Of a stretch of DNA of 59,077 nucleotides, positions 38,575-48,766 are shown one piece after another. The stretch comes from a virus (lineage: Duplodnaviria; Caudoviricetes). Each line of letters opens with the position of its first letter. The first letter of the stretch is position 1. Where the stretch lies: the IMG/VR virus record IMGVR_UViG_3300032236_001008, positions 1 through 59,077 of that record; one strand, given 5' to 3'. Below the pieces are notes generated by a model that made no database searches, was not told the DNA's origin, and was given only the letters and a program-made list of their open reading frames with translations. The translations under genes were made by a program, and so were the position numbers.

Positions 38575-40898
38575 AACACGCCTTCTTCATCAATCACATG
38601 CTCATCCACATACTTTTGTGCCTTTTGATTGAGCTTGACACCACGATAGATATGTTTGCGTTGACCATTGGTTCTGACCAAGTCTGACTCTACCATATGT
38701 TCTTGGGTTGATGCAAGGAAGCGTCGTTTAAACGATTGCTCTGTACCAAACGGCATGTTCTTTTTAATTGCCCAGTGTTTAAAGCAAGCAAACACCTCGT
38801 CTTTGCCGACTGTTCCTTCAGGGTCAAACTCAAGGGCTTCATCAACAAACGCACCAAGGGGGTTACCAAGTTCTGCCATAACCTCAAGCAAGTCCTTACC
38901 GCTGTCAGGTTGCAAGAAGTATCCGCCACGTGCTATCCTGCGTTGTAGTCCTTCCATCGCCCAGTTAAATATGCCTGATAGTTCACTGGTTAGTTTGTGT
39001 GCCAGATCTGTATCTTCCTTGTTGTAGAAAGACTTAGTCATCTTTAACACAATCATACGACCAGTGAGTGCGTTGGAGTTCTCGGTTAGTTGAAGAACCT
39101 CGTTAGAATAAATAACAATCCGAGTAGGGAGATAGCCATTCCAAGCCTCTTTGTTTTTTCGGTTGACAGTAATGGTATCCCCGCCCACAATACGGAGCAG
39201 TTGAGATACAACAGAAGATCGATTGCGCTCAGGTGCTCTTGCATCAGTAAAAGAAGCGAGGAGCTTACCCAGCCAAGGCTGCAGACCAAAGGTATCACAT
39301 AATTCTCCTAATTCAGGTGCTACTGTGTTGTGTTGACCAAGCAGGCTGACTAGCACTTTGTTGATTGTGCCTTTGCCTGATCTGCGTGGGCCGATAATAT
39401 TAAAAAACTTCTGCTGGCGAGTGTCGCCCGACAAAATGTACCCAAACATCTCTTGCAAAGTATCTTGTGACTGTTTGTCTTCCGGCCAGACAGACTGCAA
39501 GAACGCATCCCATGTTGGGCAAGTAGCATTTGGGTCATAAGAGAACGGCAAAGAGTTCTGTGTATAAAAACCTAGTGAGTGTGGAATCATAACTTGGTCT
39601 TCTAAATGGAATAGACCATTCTCAAGGCTAATAAGTTTAGACGCATCAGGTTTGTTCAGCTTATACGAATCAAACCAAATAGGTGGTCTAGTGTTGGCAT
39701 GGTTGGGTAAGTGGACAATAGACTTGATCGCATCTAATGCACCTGATACGCTAGCTGGTGCTGGGTTAAATGGGATAAGTTCGCCCTTCTTGCCTGACTT
39801 CTTGCACTTGTCTAAAAACAGGTAAGTTTCAGAGCGAATGGTTGCTTCTTCAATAATCTCGTAGTGAGTGCCAACATACGCATAAAAGTCGTCTGAGTAG
39901 TGAACAAGGCGATAGCCTTCCTCGGTGACAAAATGATTCTCAAGAAATGTTCTAGCGTGGTTCATTGCTCCGTTGTCTAGTATGATCTCGCCACGTGCTA
40001 GGGCTTGCTTCCTCTCAACTTGGTTGATCTTAAATAACAGGGAACGCAAGGTTGCCCCTGAGCCTTTGAAGGTTGACCACTTCTTGTCACAAGCGTTGGG
40101 TGTGTAGTTAGGCACTGAGCCATCACCATATGACCACCTATCCCACAACTCTAAGGCTTCCATATCGCCTGAAAACTGGTGGTGTAGGGCAAATCCTACA
40201 TTGAGCCAGTTTGTGTAGCCTTCTGATGGGTCAAGGTTGGCAAGCACTTCTGTTTCTACACGATGCAGATCATACCCCTCGACAGGCGGTGAGTAGTCTG
40301 CAAAGGAATCGCCTGTGTTGCGTATTTCCCGATCGGGAATAACGCCACTTAAGTCTTGTAGGTCGTTGGGAACTACGCCACTGATGTGATGCCCTGTGAC
40401 TGTGAAATACCTACCTTTTGGATAAAACTCAAAACCTTTGTCGTGGTCGACATGGGAGTTATGGGTGTCCGCCCTTGTAAATATCTTCACTCCTGTGCCA
40501 GAAGGCGAAACCTCCATATATCCTTGCACAGATTGTGCAATTTGCTGCAGTGCAGCATCAGTGAAACTTTCAGTCTGATGGTCGTAGCAATCATCCAAAT
40601 CGATGCCTACTAGATTATCATCCCCGCTAAATACGAATCCTACGCCATCAAAGCGGTTTGGCTGATTGATATATGCATTTTGGACTGTCAGGAAGTCTGC
40701 CCATGTGTTTGGGTTGGTTGATGATGCTGATTGCCCTGATGCCTGTGTAGGCAGTTTAGACCATCTTTTGGTGGTTTCATCGCCAATTTCTACATATCGC
40801 CATAAAACCCATCTAGGAATCATCTTCAATTCCATGGGTATGTTGTCAAATTGGACTGGTAGTGTGTGTGGTTTTGTGTTCATAATCTTCATATGCAT
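38571..40898 (-). CDS. Primase-polymerase / PriCT-2 / D5-type SF3 helicase (P4 alpha-like)
   Basis: VGIDLDDC, EVSPSGTG, YFTVTG, WLNVGFALH..WDRWS, GPRRSGKGT Walker A. Confidence 0.88.
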   Translation of the reverse strand: MHMKIMNTKPHTLPVQFDNIPMELKMIPRWVLWRYVEIGDETTKRWSKLPTQASGQSASSTNPNTWADFLTVQNAYINQPNRFDGVGFVFSGDDNLVGIDLDDCYDHQTESFTDAALQQIAQSVQGYMEVSPSGTGVKIFTRADTHNSHVDHDKGFEFYPKGRYFTVTGHHISGVVPNDLQDLSGVIPDREIRNTGDSFADYSPPVEGYDLHRVETEVLANLDPSEGYTNWLNVGFALHHQFSGDMEALELWDRWSYGDGSVPNYTPNACDKKWSTFKGSGATLRSLLFKINQVERKQALARGEIILDNGAMNHARTFLENHFVTEEGYRLVHYSDDFYAYVGTHYEIIEEATIRSETYLFLDKCKKSGKKGELIPFNPAPASVSGALDAIKSIVHLPNHANTRPPIWFDSYKLNKPDASKLISLENGLFHLEDQVMIPHSLGFYTQNSLPFSYDPNATCPTWDAFLQSVWPEDKQSQDTLQEMFGYILSGDTRQQKFFNIIGPRRSGKGTINKVLVSLLGQHNTVAPELGELCDTFGLQPWLGKLLASFTDARAPERNRSSVVSQLLRIVGGDTITVNRKNKEAWNGYLPTRIVIYSNEVLQLTENSNALTGRMIVLKMTKSFYNKEDTDLAHKLTSELSGIFNWAMEGLQRRIARGGYFLQPDSGKDLLEVMAELGNPLGAFVDEALEFDPEGTVGKDEVFACFKHWAIKKNMPFGTEQSFKRRFLASTQEHMVESDLVRTNGQRKHIYRGVKLNQKAQKYVDEHVIDEEGVF

Positions 40899-40899
40899 A

Positions 40900-40909
40900 T
40901 ACTAATGCA
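40900..40909 (-). promoter_or_regulatory. TGCATTAGTA -10 element without GGGCG
   Basis: Exact 10-mer immediately upstream of the primase start. Confidence 0.6.
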
Positions 40910-40947
40910 AAAATGGTGGTTTTGTCATTTCACAATGTGAAATAAAT

Positions 40948-41166
40948 TTGTCAGGGTAGTATGGGTTGTCAGGGTTTGATTTTTGTTCATTTTTCCATTT
41001 TTTCCTTTGCTTGACTCCAATAAAATCAACAACTTACTGATAAAATTGTCAGGGTAGTATGGGTAGTACCCCTCTAAATGACTTTTTTTTAGATTTTTTA
41101 AAAATAAAAATAAAATATTCTGAATGGACTTGACTTAGACCCTGACAACCCATACTACCCTGACAA
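40948..41166. repeat. Origin-like element 1: inverted TGTCAGGG/TAGTATGGG iteron arrays around an AT-rich core, plus IHF site
   Basis: 9-bp-period repeats facing each other; AATCAACAACTTA (41024-41036) matches WATCAANNNNTTR. Confidence 0.7.
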
Positions 41167-41176
41167 ATGATAACTT

Positions 41177-41371
41177 TTAGTTATATAGACTGTACCCTTT
41201 CCTAGCAATATGGTTATAAGCCCATTTTCTGAACTCTACCCGCTTTTCGGAGGTTTGCTCATCGTTTTCATCCCATTGGGCATCGATGATATGCTCCCCG
41301 TTGCCGTCGTGAAATTCAATCCGTAGCAAATTGCCGTCTTTGTCATAGACATCGGTTGGAATTGCCTTCAT
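41177..41371 (-). CDS. Hypothetical protein
   Basis: 64 aa, GGAG RBS. Confidence 0.5.
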   Translation of the reverse strand: MKAIPTDVYDKDGNLLRIEFHDGNGEHIIDAQWDENDEQTSEKRVEFRKWAYNHIARKGYSLYN

Positions 41372-41373
41372 AT

Positions 41374-41694
41374 TTACTCCTTTATCTTTGAATAACTGTC
41401 AACTACCCAACTAGACTTGTCTTCCCATGAGTCCTGTGTGCCATAATCACCCCTACTCATACGCATACGATCACGCTCTCTTTGTGGGGGTTCAATTGCC
41501 AGCCAGGCAGAGAACGCATCTTTATATTCCTGCCAATCGGGATTTGCTTCGTAAAATGGATGGTTAAATCCAGCCAAATCCACAGTAGATAGCACATCTG
41601 CCTGTCTAATCCACTTTTTTGCTCTTTTAACTATGCCCATCTTATTCCTTGCGGTTATATAGCGGTCATATGCTTTTTTCTGTTCTTCAGTCAT
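41374..41694 (-). CDS. Hypothetical protein
   Basis: 106 aa, GGAGG RBS. Confidence 0.5.
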   Translation of the reverse strand: MTEEQKKAYDRYITARNKMGIVKRAKKWIRQADVLSTVDLAGFNHPFYEANPDWQEYKDAFSAWLAIEPPQRERDRMRMSRGDYGTQDSWEDKSSWVVDSYSKIKE

Positions 41695-42274
41695 CGTTGC
41701 CTTCCTCCAAAAATTTCTCTTGTTTTAAATTGCTAAGTGATATCGGTTCTTTGCCGATATGTCCTTGTAATTGGCTTATCTTTGCTTCAGATATGCCCAT
41801 GATGGTGGCTAACTCTGACACTTTGGGTTCTCGCCCAAGTATTTGGGACAGATTACGCTTATTGTAGTTTAGCTTTTTAATCTGTTCCATGATGTTGATT
41901 GGTAAACGAATGATGTTTGCGGTATTGTCTAAATCCCTACGCACCCCTTTCTCGATGAACGACTTTGCGTATGTGGCAAATCTTGCGTTATTCGTAGGCT
42001 TCCATCTTTTGGCTGCCATAAACAATGCCTCATTACCCATCGCAAGGATATCCTCGACAGGCACTTTACTGTGATGCCAAGCAGTCATCTTACGCACGAC
42101 ATAAACCACAAAGCGTAAGTTATGGGTGATGAGTTTGTCTAACGCATCGTCATCACCCTTTTGTATCTGCTTGGCTAACTGATGTTCTTCCTCTATGGGT
42201 AAAGGTTCAACTCCATAGAGGGATTGTAAGTAATCGCTTAATAAATCATTTTCTTTCACCCGCGTTTCCTTCAA
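41687..42274 (-). CDS. Sigma-70 family factor with regions 1.2, 2 and 3 only (no region 4)
   Basis: DYLQSL..EEEHQLA..LITHNLRFVV..EDI..RFATYA..IIRLP..LGREPKVSELA..PISL then stop. Confidence 0.85.
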   Translation of the reverse strand: MKETRVKENDLLSDYLQSLYGVEPLPIEEEHQLAKQIQKGDDDALDKLITHNLRFVVYVVRKMTAWHHSKVPVEDILAMGNEALFMAAKRWKPTNNARFATYAKSFIEKGVRRDLDNTANIIRLPINIMEQIKKLNYNKRNLSQILGREPKVSELATIMGISEAKISQLQGHIGKEPISLSNLKQEKFLEEGNDD

Positions 42275-42406
42275 ATATTAACTGCAACAACTGTGGGAAA
42301 ACACATAATAGACCCCCAACAATCATAGCAATCAAGCCAAAAGTGATACCGCCCCCTGTTTCTATTGCACAAAAAGCGATAACAATAAATACGATTCCTA
42401 ACATTT

Positions 42407-42586
42407 TCATAGTGGTGATTCCTCTAAAAGTAATTTTGCCATTTCATACTGATTTGGCTGTGGTGGTAGTTTGACCAATTTTGCCCCATTGGTCAGGTAG
42501 GGTGTTGCTTCTGTTTTGCTTGCAAATTTCCTGATCGAATCTCCAAATTCGTCAATAAGTATAAATTTGTAGGCGGACTTTTTCAT
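42407..42586 (-). CDS. Small hypothetical protein
   Basis: 59 aa hand-translated, just downstream of TGGTATAAT. Confidence 0.45.
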   Translation of the reverse strand: MKKSAYKFILIDEFGDSIRKFASKTEATPYLTNGAKLVKLPPQPNQYEMAKLLLEESPL

Positions 42587-42592
42587 TTTTTA

Positions 42593-42601
42593 ATTATACC
42601 A
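42593..42601 (-). promoter_or_regulatory. Extended -10 host sigma70 promoter for the sigma-factor operon
   Basis: TGnTATAAT. Confidence 0.55.
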
Positions 42602-42744
42602 TAAAAGGTCAATTTGCCGAGTAAAATCAAAATGGGATAAGTCCTTTAAGGCGGAAAAAATTTTTTTATGCGTTCCCCCACCCTGTTTAAACTTACTGTG
42701 CATAGATACATATGTGTTTAAACGAGGTCGTAGGGTTAAAAAAA

Positions 42745-43095
42745 TTATTCAATGACATAGTAGGCACTATCTGATACTTTTTGACCCACACCCTCAATAG
42801 AATCCCCTATTTGACATATCTGCAATACTGCAATTCTCTCTTTAATCCACTTGGGCATATCCCCTATGTTTAAACGCGTTTTGCTGACTAAATTTTTTTC
42901 GTGGGCGGGCATGGCAAAACTATACAATGCGACTGTGCCATCATCATGGAATCTAACCCGCCACACCTGTTCAATGGTGCGGTGTAAATCCTCTGCAATC
43001 ATGCACAGATAATCTTCGGGTAGTAAGACAGGGCTATTGCCCTCCATGACGATATCGTCTATGCGGGCTATTGATACATTACTAATTATTGCCAT
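42745..43095 (-). CDS. Early hypothetical protein
   Basis: 116 aa; C-terminal domain similar to the 43508 ORF. Confidence 0.55.
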   Translation of the reverse strand: MAIISNVSIARIDDIVMEGNSPVLLPEDYLCMIAEDLHRTIEQVWRVRFHDDGTVALYSFAMPAHEKNLVSKTRLNIGDMPKWIKERIAVLQICQIGDSIEGVGQKVSDSAYYVIE

Positions 43096-43097
43096 GT

Positions 43098-43301
43098 TTA
43101 AACTGATCTCATTATGTCTGCTACTTCTTTGGTGATCTCTACATACGATTCAGTAGATACATTCAGCATTTTGTGGTGGTTATAACTCCACATATCAAAA
43201 CTGCGTGGCGGTTGTTCGTTGAAATCTAGCCAATCAGGTAGATCAGCAACTCCCACATCACCAAACTTCTTTCCCATCAGATATCTATACCTTGTGGACA
43301 T
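43098..43301 (-). CDS. Early hypothetical protein
   Basis: Ends ITKEVADIMRSV. Confidence 0.55.
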   Translation of the reverse strand: MSTRYRYLMGKKFGDVGVADLPDWLDFNEQPPRSFDMWSYNHHKMLNVSTESYVEITKEVADIMRSV

Positions 43302-43304
43302 TGT

Positions 43305-43523
43305 TTAAACACCTATCATTATATCAGCAACTTCTTTGGTTATCTTAACTATTTTATGATGTTCGGGGCGAATGGATTGATACGAATATGCATCATTATC
43401 AGCATCAACATACCATCGTAGGTCTATGATAAGCGGGTTATCTTGCACAATCTCATCGACCACGCAAAGATAACCCTCGTCATCAACTAATAACCAATCA
43501 CCAACTTTTAGGCGATTATCCAA
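43305..43523 (-). CDS. Early hypothetical protein
   Basis: Ends ITKEVADIMIGV. Confidence 0.55.
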   Translation of the reverse strand: MDNRLKVGDWLLVDDEGYLCVVDEIVQDNPLIIDLRWYVDADNDAYSYQSIRPEHHKIVKITKEVADIMIGV

Positions 43524-44344
43524 TATGCACCATCGTTTTCTTTTAGTCCAATATCTTCGACAAACTCTTGCTTATCGCCAATATCTAGCACAAACAGTTT
43601 ACCTTTGATGTTATCGGGTAATGCATCTTTAGATGGCACTTTAAATGGTTGCTCACCTTTGGTAGAGTTTAAACGATACTGCACTTCATTGTCTTTGACT
43701 AAAACAAAGTAGTGATCGGGGTCATAATTAGAATACTTGGCGATCTTCTCGGTGTTATCTACCAAATATAAGATCATCTTTTCAACTTTAGGATTCTGAA
43801 ACTTATGTCCCTGTTTGTGTAAGCCAATCAAATCTTCTGCAAATAACTGAATGTCATTACAAGTGTTGTTCCTGATCTCCCACCCCATGTTATATCCGAT
43901 TGCCTCCACCTCTTGCCTAAACTTTCGTCTTGCCCTGTCTGCAATCTGATCGAATGTAAATGGTTTAAACACTTTCTTTGCCACTCGCACAATGTTTTTA
44001 CTATGGATAGAGTATTTATACGCACCCTCACCCCCATATGTATGCCTACCATCAACAATATTTATGCTAGTGATGCCATACTTGGGTTTATGGGATTCGC
44101 TATTGTTGTAATAGTTTGATACCTCTAGCACACCAATATGATTGTTTAGATCACTAGAATGGAAAGCATATACCCCATCACAAACACCATTGGGGTATTC
44201 CTCTTTCACTATCCCCCATGTGTTTATGTTTTGGTGTTTAAACGAGATGTCGGGCATTACCTTAGCGATGTCGTTCATTAAGTTTGACAAATACTCTACT
44301 GTGTCAATACCATTGATGTTTACTGTTTTGATTTTGTTTGTCAT
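43508..44344 (-). CDS. Early hypothetical protein
   Basis: 278 aa ORF. Confidence 0.6.
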   Translation of the reverse strand: MTNKIKTVNINGIDTVEYLSNLMNDIAKVMPDISFKHQNINTWGIVKEEYPNGVCDGVYAFHSSDLNNHIGVLEVSNYYNNSESHKPKYGITSINIVDGRHTYGGEGAYKYSIHSKNIVRVAKKVFKPFTFDQIADRARRKFRQEVEAIGYNMGWEIRNNTCNDIQLFAEDLIGLHKQGHKFQNPKVEKMILYLVDNTEKIAKYSNYDPDHYFVLVKDNEVQYRLNSTKGEQPFKVPSKDALPDNIKGKLFVLDIGDKQEFVEDIGLKENDGAYWIIA

Positions 44345-44345
44345 G

Positions 44346-45293
44346 TTATCTATACCAATTCTTATATCTGTCGTGGGTTAATTGTCCAAGTGGCACTTCT
44401 GTTTTCTTACATGGTTTCACAATTCTAAATAGATCATTACAAATCTCTTTCGGCAATTTGTGTCGTTCATGTATTTGCTTTTCACCCGAGCCATAATATC
44501 TGTGGGTAATTTTATGCTTATAGCGTTCTACCATGTTTAACCATGAATCAGGCACATTACCATCTTGGGTTGGTTTAAACAATGCTATTGCCTCGTCTGC
44601 ATAAATCATTCGGTCATCATTACCAACAACTGCTTTATAAATTGGATTACCATACTCCCATTTATTTTCTACAATATCGCACATGATGTCATAGTATGCC
44701 ATGAATGGTTTGATGCTCTCACGCAACTGCTTAGTCTGTGTTCTATCTAGGGTGTGTTTAAACTCTCTGTGGACTACTAGCGGTAGCCAATGGTTTTCGC
44801 CCACCTTGCGTTGGAATGTAATATCCCCCAACTCAATCGAATAAAACTTATTGTCGTAGCGAACATACTTACTAGCACGATGGTTTACCATGCCAAAATC
44901 GGGCGGTAGGTTGAAATTGTAAAACCAAAATGTCGATGATGACGAAAATGCTCTTGGGTATAAATCCATTGATGGTGTTTGACCCCATACATTTTTAGGT
45001 GTATGGATTGTCATAAATTCCATGCCATTGTTTAAACTCCATGTGATCGCTTTGTTGTGGTTGTTGCGGTGTTGGTAATAGTCGAATGTAATGTAATACT
45101 CCGTATCGCTTACCTTTATCATGCGTTCCCATGCCCTATCTCTGCGGTTAATTGGGCGAATGTTTTGATCTTTGCGTTTACCACGCAAGGGTATTGTATC
45201 TTCGTATTGTTTTTGCACTTTGGCAAAATCATATCTACCACCTTGATTTTGTTGCACATCATACGGACTGCACGATTGTCTATAATATCCCAT
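44346..45293 (-). CDS. Early hypothetical protein
   Basis: ~315 aa; IPLRGKRK..IRPINRR N-terminal motif; GAGG RBS before the ATG at 45293. Confidence 0.6.
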   Translation of the reverse strand: MGYYRQSCSPYDVQQNQGGRYDFAKVQKQYEDTIPLRGKRKDQNIRPINRRDRAWERMIKVSDTEYYITFDYYQHRNNHNKAITWSLNNGMEFMTIHTPKNVWGQTPSMDLYPRAFSSSSTFWFYNFNLPPDFGMVNHRASKYVRYDNKFYSIELGDITFQRKVGENHWLPLVVHREFKHTLDRTQTKQLRESIKPFMAYYDIMCDIVENKWEYGNPIYKAVVGNDDRMIYADEAIALFKPTQDGNVPDSWLNMVERYKHKITHRYYGSGEKQIHERHKLPKEICNDLFRIVKPCKKTEVPLGQLTHDRYKNWYR

Positions 45294-45489
45294 CTTAATC
45301 CTCTCTTTCAATATCGTAAATTGCTAACCATTGTTTAAACACTTCGGGGTATGCCCCTTGAATCCAATCATATAAATGTATTGGGGGTGATTCGTTTTTG
45401 TGGAGATTGTGCAATCTTTCCTCGATCTGTTCATTCACCCACCAATCATCTTCGGGTTGATCACAAGGGTTGTCATATTCTCGCATTGT

Positions 45490-46674
45490 TTAAACCTCTA
45501 TCTTTATGGTTTGACCTATGGGCGATTTCACATCGCTACATATTGTCCACAAGGTAGGGCAATTCCATTGTCCACCCCAATCACTTCCTACATAGCCATC
45601 GGTAAGAATGATGGCACAAACAGGGTCAATCTTATGCTTACGCATATAGCGGGTGATACATGATGGGCTTGTGCCACCACCACCTTTGGGCTTGGTGCTA
45701 GATGTCATGCGGTCTGCATCGTTTAAACCATACACCTCATGCCCCGCCACATCACAATCCCAATACAGTAAATCTACCTGTTCAGGATTCATGTTCTGCA
45801 TGACACTTGCCACCTCACTAATGAATCGGTTTAACACCTCGCCATAAATACTGCCTGATGTGTCAATGGCAACAACAACTCTACCCATTGATTCACTTAT
45901 TGTAGATGGCATATAAATATCATGTTGTAGCCATCTGCGGTTAGGTTTTCGCCATGTTGAATCGTCTTTGCCTTGCGATACGCTAGATACAAACTCCCTA
46001 AGTGCCTCTTTCCAATCTACCTTTGCACTCATAAGATCGGTAAAACTGCGGTCAATGTTCCCACCAACTTTACCCGCTAAAATTGCACCTTGACGAATGG
46101 CTTGGTCAATCTCTTTGGCTAACTCGGTTTTCTCGGCATCGTTTAAACCATCTGCCCCCTCCCAATCGTGTTCATCAAATCCACCATCTGCGTTGGGGTT
46201 GTCGCATGGCTCACCACCATTACCTTTGGGTCTTGGCGGTTGTTGGGGTAGTAAAGCAAACACCTCGGCTGAGTTTAAACCACGAAACTTCTCATTGACC
46301 AATGCCCCATCGGGTAAGACTACAAATTTGTTTGACCTTTCCGATTCGTCTTTGATTTCAAGATTGATAACATAATCACAAGCCATGTTAGCCCTTTCGG
46401 GGTCTTGCTTGTGTAGGTGTTTCCATGTGAGTAAATGGCGATACATCTTGTGCTTAGCCTCATGCAAAATCAAGCCACGCAACTGCGGGTCGTTTAAACT
46501 CATTACAAAATCCCTACCAAACTTAACATCTTTACCATTGGTGCAAGCGGTTAGTGTCTTGTCATCTATCTTTGTTTCACCAATCATCAAGATACCCGAA
46601 TAGGCTACAAACTGCGGGGACTTCATTAAATCAATGTGGCATCTTTCAATGCGTTGTTCTGCGGTAAGTGTCAT
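45490..46674 (-). CDS. HExxH metallopeptidase-like plus VWA domain protein (DUF2201-type)
   Basis: TACTNG, LHEAKH, NMACDYVIN, VAIDTSGSI MIDAS, GGGGT, ILTDGY. Confidence 0.85.
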   Translation of the reverse strand: MTLTAEQRIERCHIDLMKSPQFVAYSGILMIGETKIDDKTLTACTNGKDVKFGRDFVMSLNDPQLRGLILHEAKHKMYRHLLTWKHLHKQDPERANMACDYVINLEIKDESERSNKFVVLPDGALVNEKFRGLNSAEVFALLPQQPPRPKGNGGEPCDNPNADGGFDEHDWEGADGLNDAEKTELAKEIDQAIRQGAILAGKVGGNIDRSFTDLMSAKVDWKEALREFVSSVSQGKDDSTWRKPNRRWLQHDIYMPSTISESMGRVVVAIDTSGSIYGEVLNRFISEVASVMQNMNPEQVDLLYWDCDVAGHEVYGLNDADRMTSSTKPKGGGGTSPSCITRYMRKHKIDPVCAIILTDGYVGSDWGGQWNCPTLWTICSDVKSPIGQTIKIEV

Positions 46675-46676
46675 GT

Positions 46677-46853
46677 TTAAACACTCCCCATCTGAAAGAG
46701 TTTAATTGCTTGTAGTGGGTCGGTTGCCATCATGGTAATGGTTTTCGGTTGCCATGATGTATCTACCAACTGCTCAAAACTAACTTCGTGCTTGGCATAT
46801 TCGTCAATGCTTTCCATGTCAATGCACCTTGCCATAATGTTTTTGGTTTCCAT
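46677..46853 (-). CDS. Small early ORF
   Basis: 58 aa hand-translated; stop lies inside GTTTAAAC. Confidence 0.45.
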   Translation of the reverse strand: METKNIMARCIDMESIDEYAKHEVSFEQLVDTSWQPKTITMMATDPLQAIKLFQMGSV

Positions 46854-47012
46854 GATTTATTCCTCGTCATCTTGGGTTAATCGTTCTGCCATGCCACGAA
46901 TAAAATCTTCGGGCAAGTATCTCATAAGTAAATCTACAAGGTAGGCGGTTTCCGAATCATAAAAATAATTTACAACTGCCTCTCTTTGGTTATCGGTTAG
47001 TCGTAGCATTGT

Positions 47013-47183
47013 TTAAACCCCCTCGCTTATCTCGTAGATTTCGCACTCAATCGTATCAACTTCGACACAATCGGGAATTGGGTTTACCATGTAAAGTTTA
47101 TCCAACTCTTGCCATGCTTGTTCCTCTGAATCGGCAACAACTGTGGTATAGATCGTGGCAACTTCTCTAAATGTGAATATCAT
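47013..47183 (-). CDS. Small acidic early ORF
   Basis: 56 aa hand-translated (VVADSEEQA); bounded by GTTTAAAC at both ends. Confidence 0.5.
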   Translation of the reverse strand: MIFTFREVATIYTTVVADSEEQAWQELDKLYMVNPIPDCVEVDTIECEIYEISEGV

Positions 47184-47185
47184 GT

Positions 47186-47374
47186 TTAAACCTCCATCAC
47201 TCTAACTCGATCACCCTCGATCACTACCTTTGCCTTACCCTCGCCAATTAGTTTAAAACCTAACTGTTGAACAATAATTGCCATCTTGTAGTGTTCCCCT
47301 TTGTGCCTGTAAAAAACTGCTAGGACTGTGGCTATCGTAGCCCATACCACTAAAAACAATTCACTCGATTCCAT
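47186..47374 (-). CDS. Small membrane-anchored early protein
   Basis: N-terminal TM; GAGG RBS. Confidence 0.5.
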   Translation of the reverse strand: MESSELFLVVWATIATVLAVFYRHKGEHYKMAIIVQQLGFKLIGEGKAKVVIEGDRVRVMEV

Positions 47375-47572
47375 AATTTTCCTCGTAGGTTAGATATGGT
47401 TTAAACACCTTGCACTTATCACCAAATACATAAAAGAGGGGGTTGGATTCTTTCACCAATTCCCGCTTTTCTTTGGCGGTCTGTGCTTGGGTCATGCGAT
47501 ATTGCAAAGACTGTTTAAACTCTTGCTCAATCTTGTTCACTCGCATTTTTAGACTGTATGTTCCCATTACTT

Positions 47573-48649
47573 TTAATTGCTCTGTGCGAAAAGATAATTG
47601 TTTGCGGTAGCCCATTTAATAAACCCCTGTGATGTGCCTACTGTTGTCTTTTTGCTTGTTCGCATAACGCTAGTAGCGAATAGCCCTTGTGCCTCTTTAC
47701 TTAGTCGGTTCATGTATTCAATCCACTTATTGATGTTGTCCTTTTCTACCTGTTGAATGGCTGAATAGACCAACATACAAACTGCACTAGCACTCTCAGG
47801 CACTTTCGTTTTGGTTGGCTCTTTGATGATCGCCTCCCATGTTGGCAACTCATCTGTTAATTGAATGATAGAGAGCATATCGTAAGTGGCTCGGTTGCCG
47901 ATTGTTCCTTTAAGTGCGTGTGCCATAGTGTCGATGCCTAGTGGCTTTGATTTTTTGATGATATCCGATGCCCTGTTTAAACTGCGTGGTGTGCAAAATG
48001 CGGGGCGGGGTGTTCGTGGGTCGTAGATGTATTCATTGTCTGATGCGTTGGTAAAATCTTCGAATGATGCCAACATCTGCGGAAATTGTTTTACTGTGAG
48101 TAATACTTCGGGGGCGATGTCGTTGTCTAAAGCCCATTCAATCCACTCATCTGCTGATGGTTTACGCACCTTAACCACGCTAATGCGGTTTCGTGCATGG
48201 GGTGGGAGATTATCGCCTATCGCCTCATTCGCTAAGTTTGTGGTAGCGAATACGATACTGCCCTCGGGTAATGAGTAAGTGCCTAGTTTTCTTTCCAACA
48301 TCAATCTAAGGCAAGCATTCATAACTGCCTTACTTGCTTTGCCGATCTCATCAAGCATTAAAACTATGGGCTTATCGTGGTGAAAGCCAAATTCCTCGTT
48401 GGGAATAAAACTACAAACTTCGGTGTCGTTTAAACTGCGTATCTTGGGGACTAAAAAATCCCCTACATCTTTAGTAGTCATATCACCATAACAGAAGTGA
48501 TGATTCGGTAGTTTAGATTTAAGGATAGATAGAATAGAGGACTTACCTATACCCATCTCGCCCTGTGCTAGGACTGTGGTTGTATCGCCAACTGCGAGGA
48601 TAAGGTCGGCGGTTTGTTGAAGTGAAAGCGATTTGTATAAATCAGTCAT
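47573..48649 (-). CDS. MoxR-like AAA+ ATPase
   Basis: GEMGIGKS Walker A, LMLDE Walker B, ATTN, NR, TPRSL. Confidence 0.85.
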   Translation of the reverse strand: MTDLYKSLSLQQTADLILAVGDTTTVLAQGEMGIGKSSILSILKSKLPNHHFCYGDMTTKDVGDFLVPKIRSLNDTEVCSFIPNEEFGFHHDKPIVLMLDEIGKASKAVMNACLRLMLERKLGTYSLPEGSIVFATTNLANEAIGDNLPPHARNRISVVKVRKPSADEWIEWALDNDIAPEVLLTVKQFPQMLASFEDFTNASDNEYIYDPRTPRPAFCTPRSLNRASDIIKKSKPLGIDTMAHALKGTIGNRATYDMLSIIQLTDELPTWEAIIKEPTKTKVPESASAVCMLVYSAIQQVEKDNINKWIEYMNRLSKEAQGLFATSVMRTSKKTTVGTSQGFIKWATANNYLFAQSN

Positions 48650-48766
48650 GTGTTGCCTTTCTTTGGTCGATTGTTTTACTGCTGAAAACTTGGATTATAT
48701 AAATCAGGGGCAAAACAAAATACTAGGAATAACCCCAATAATAAAATGGTGCATAAAATATCGTCT

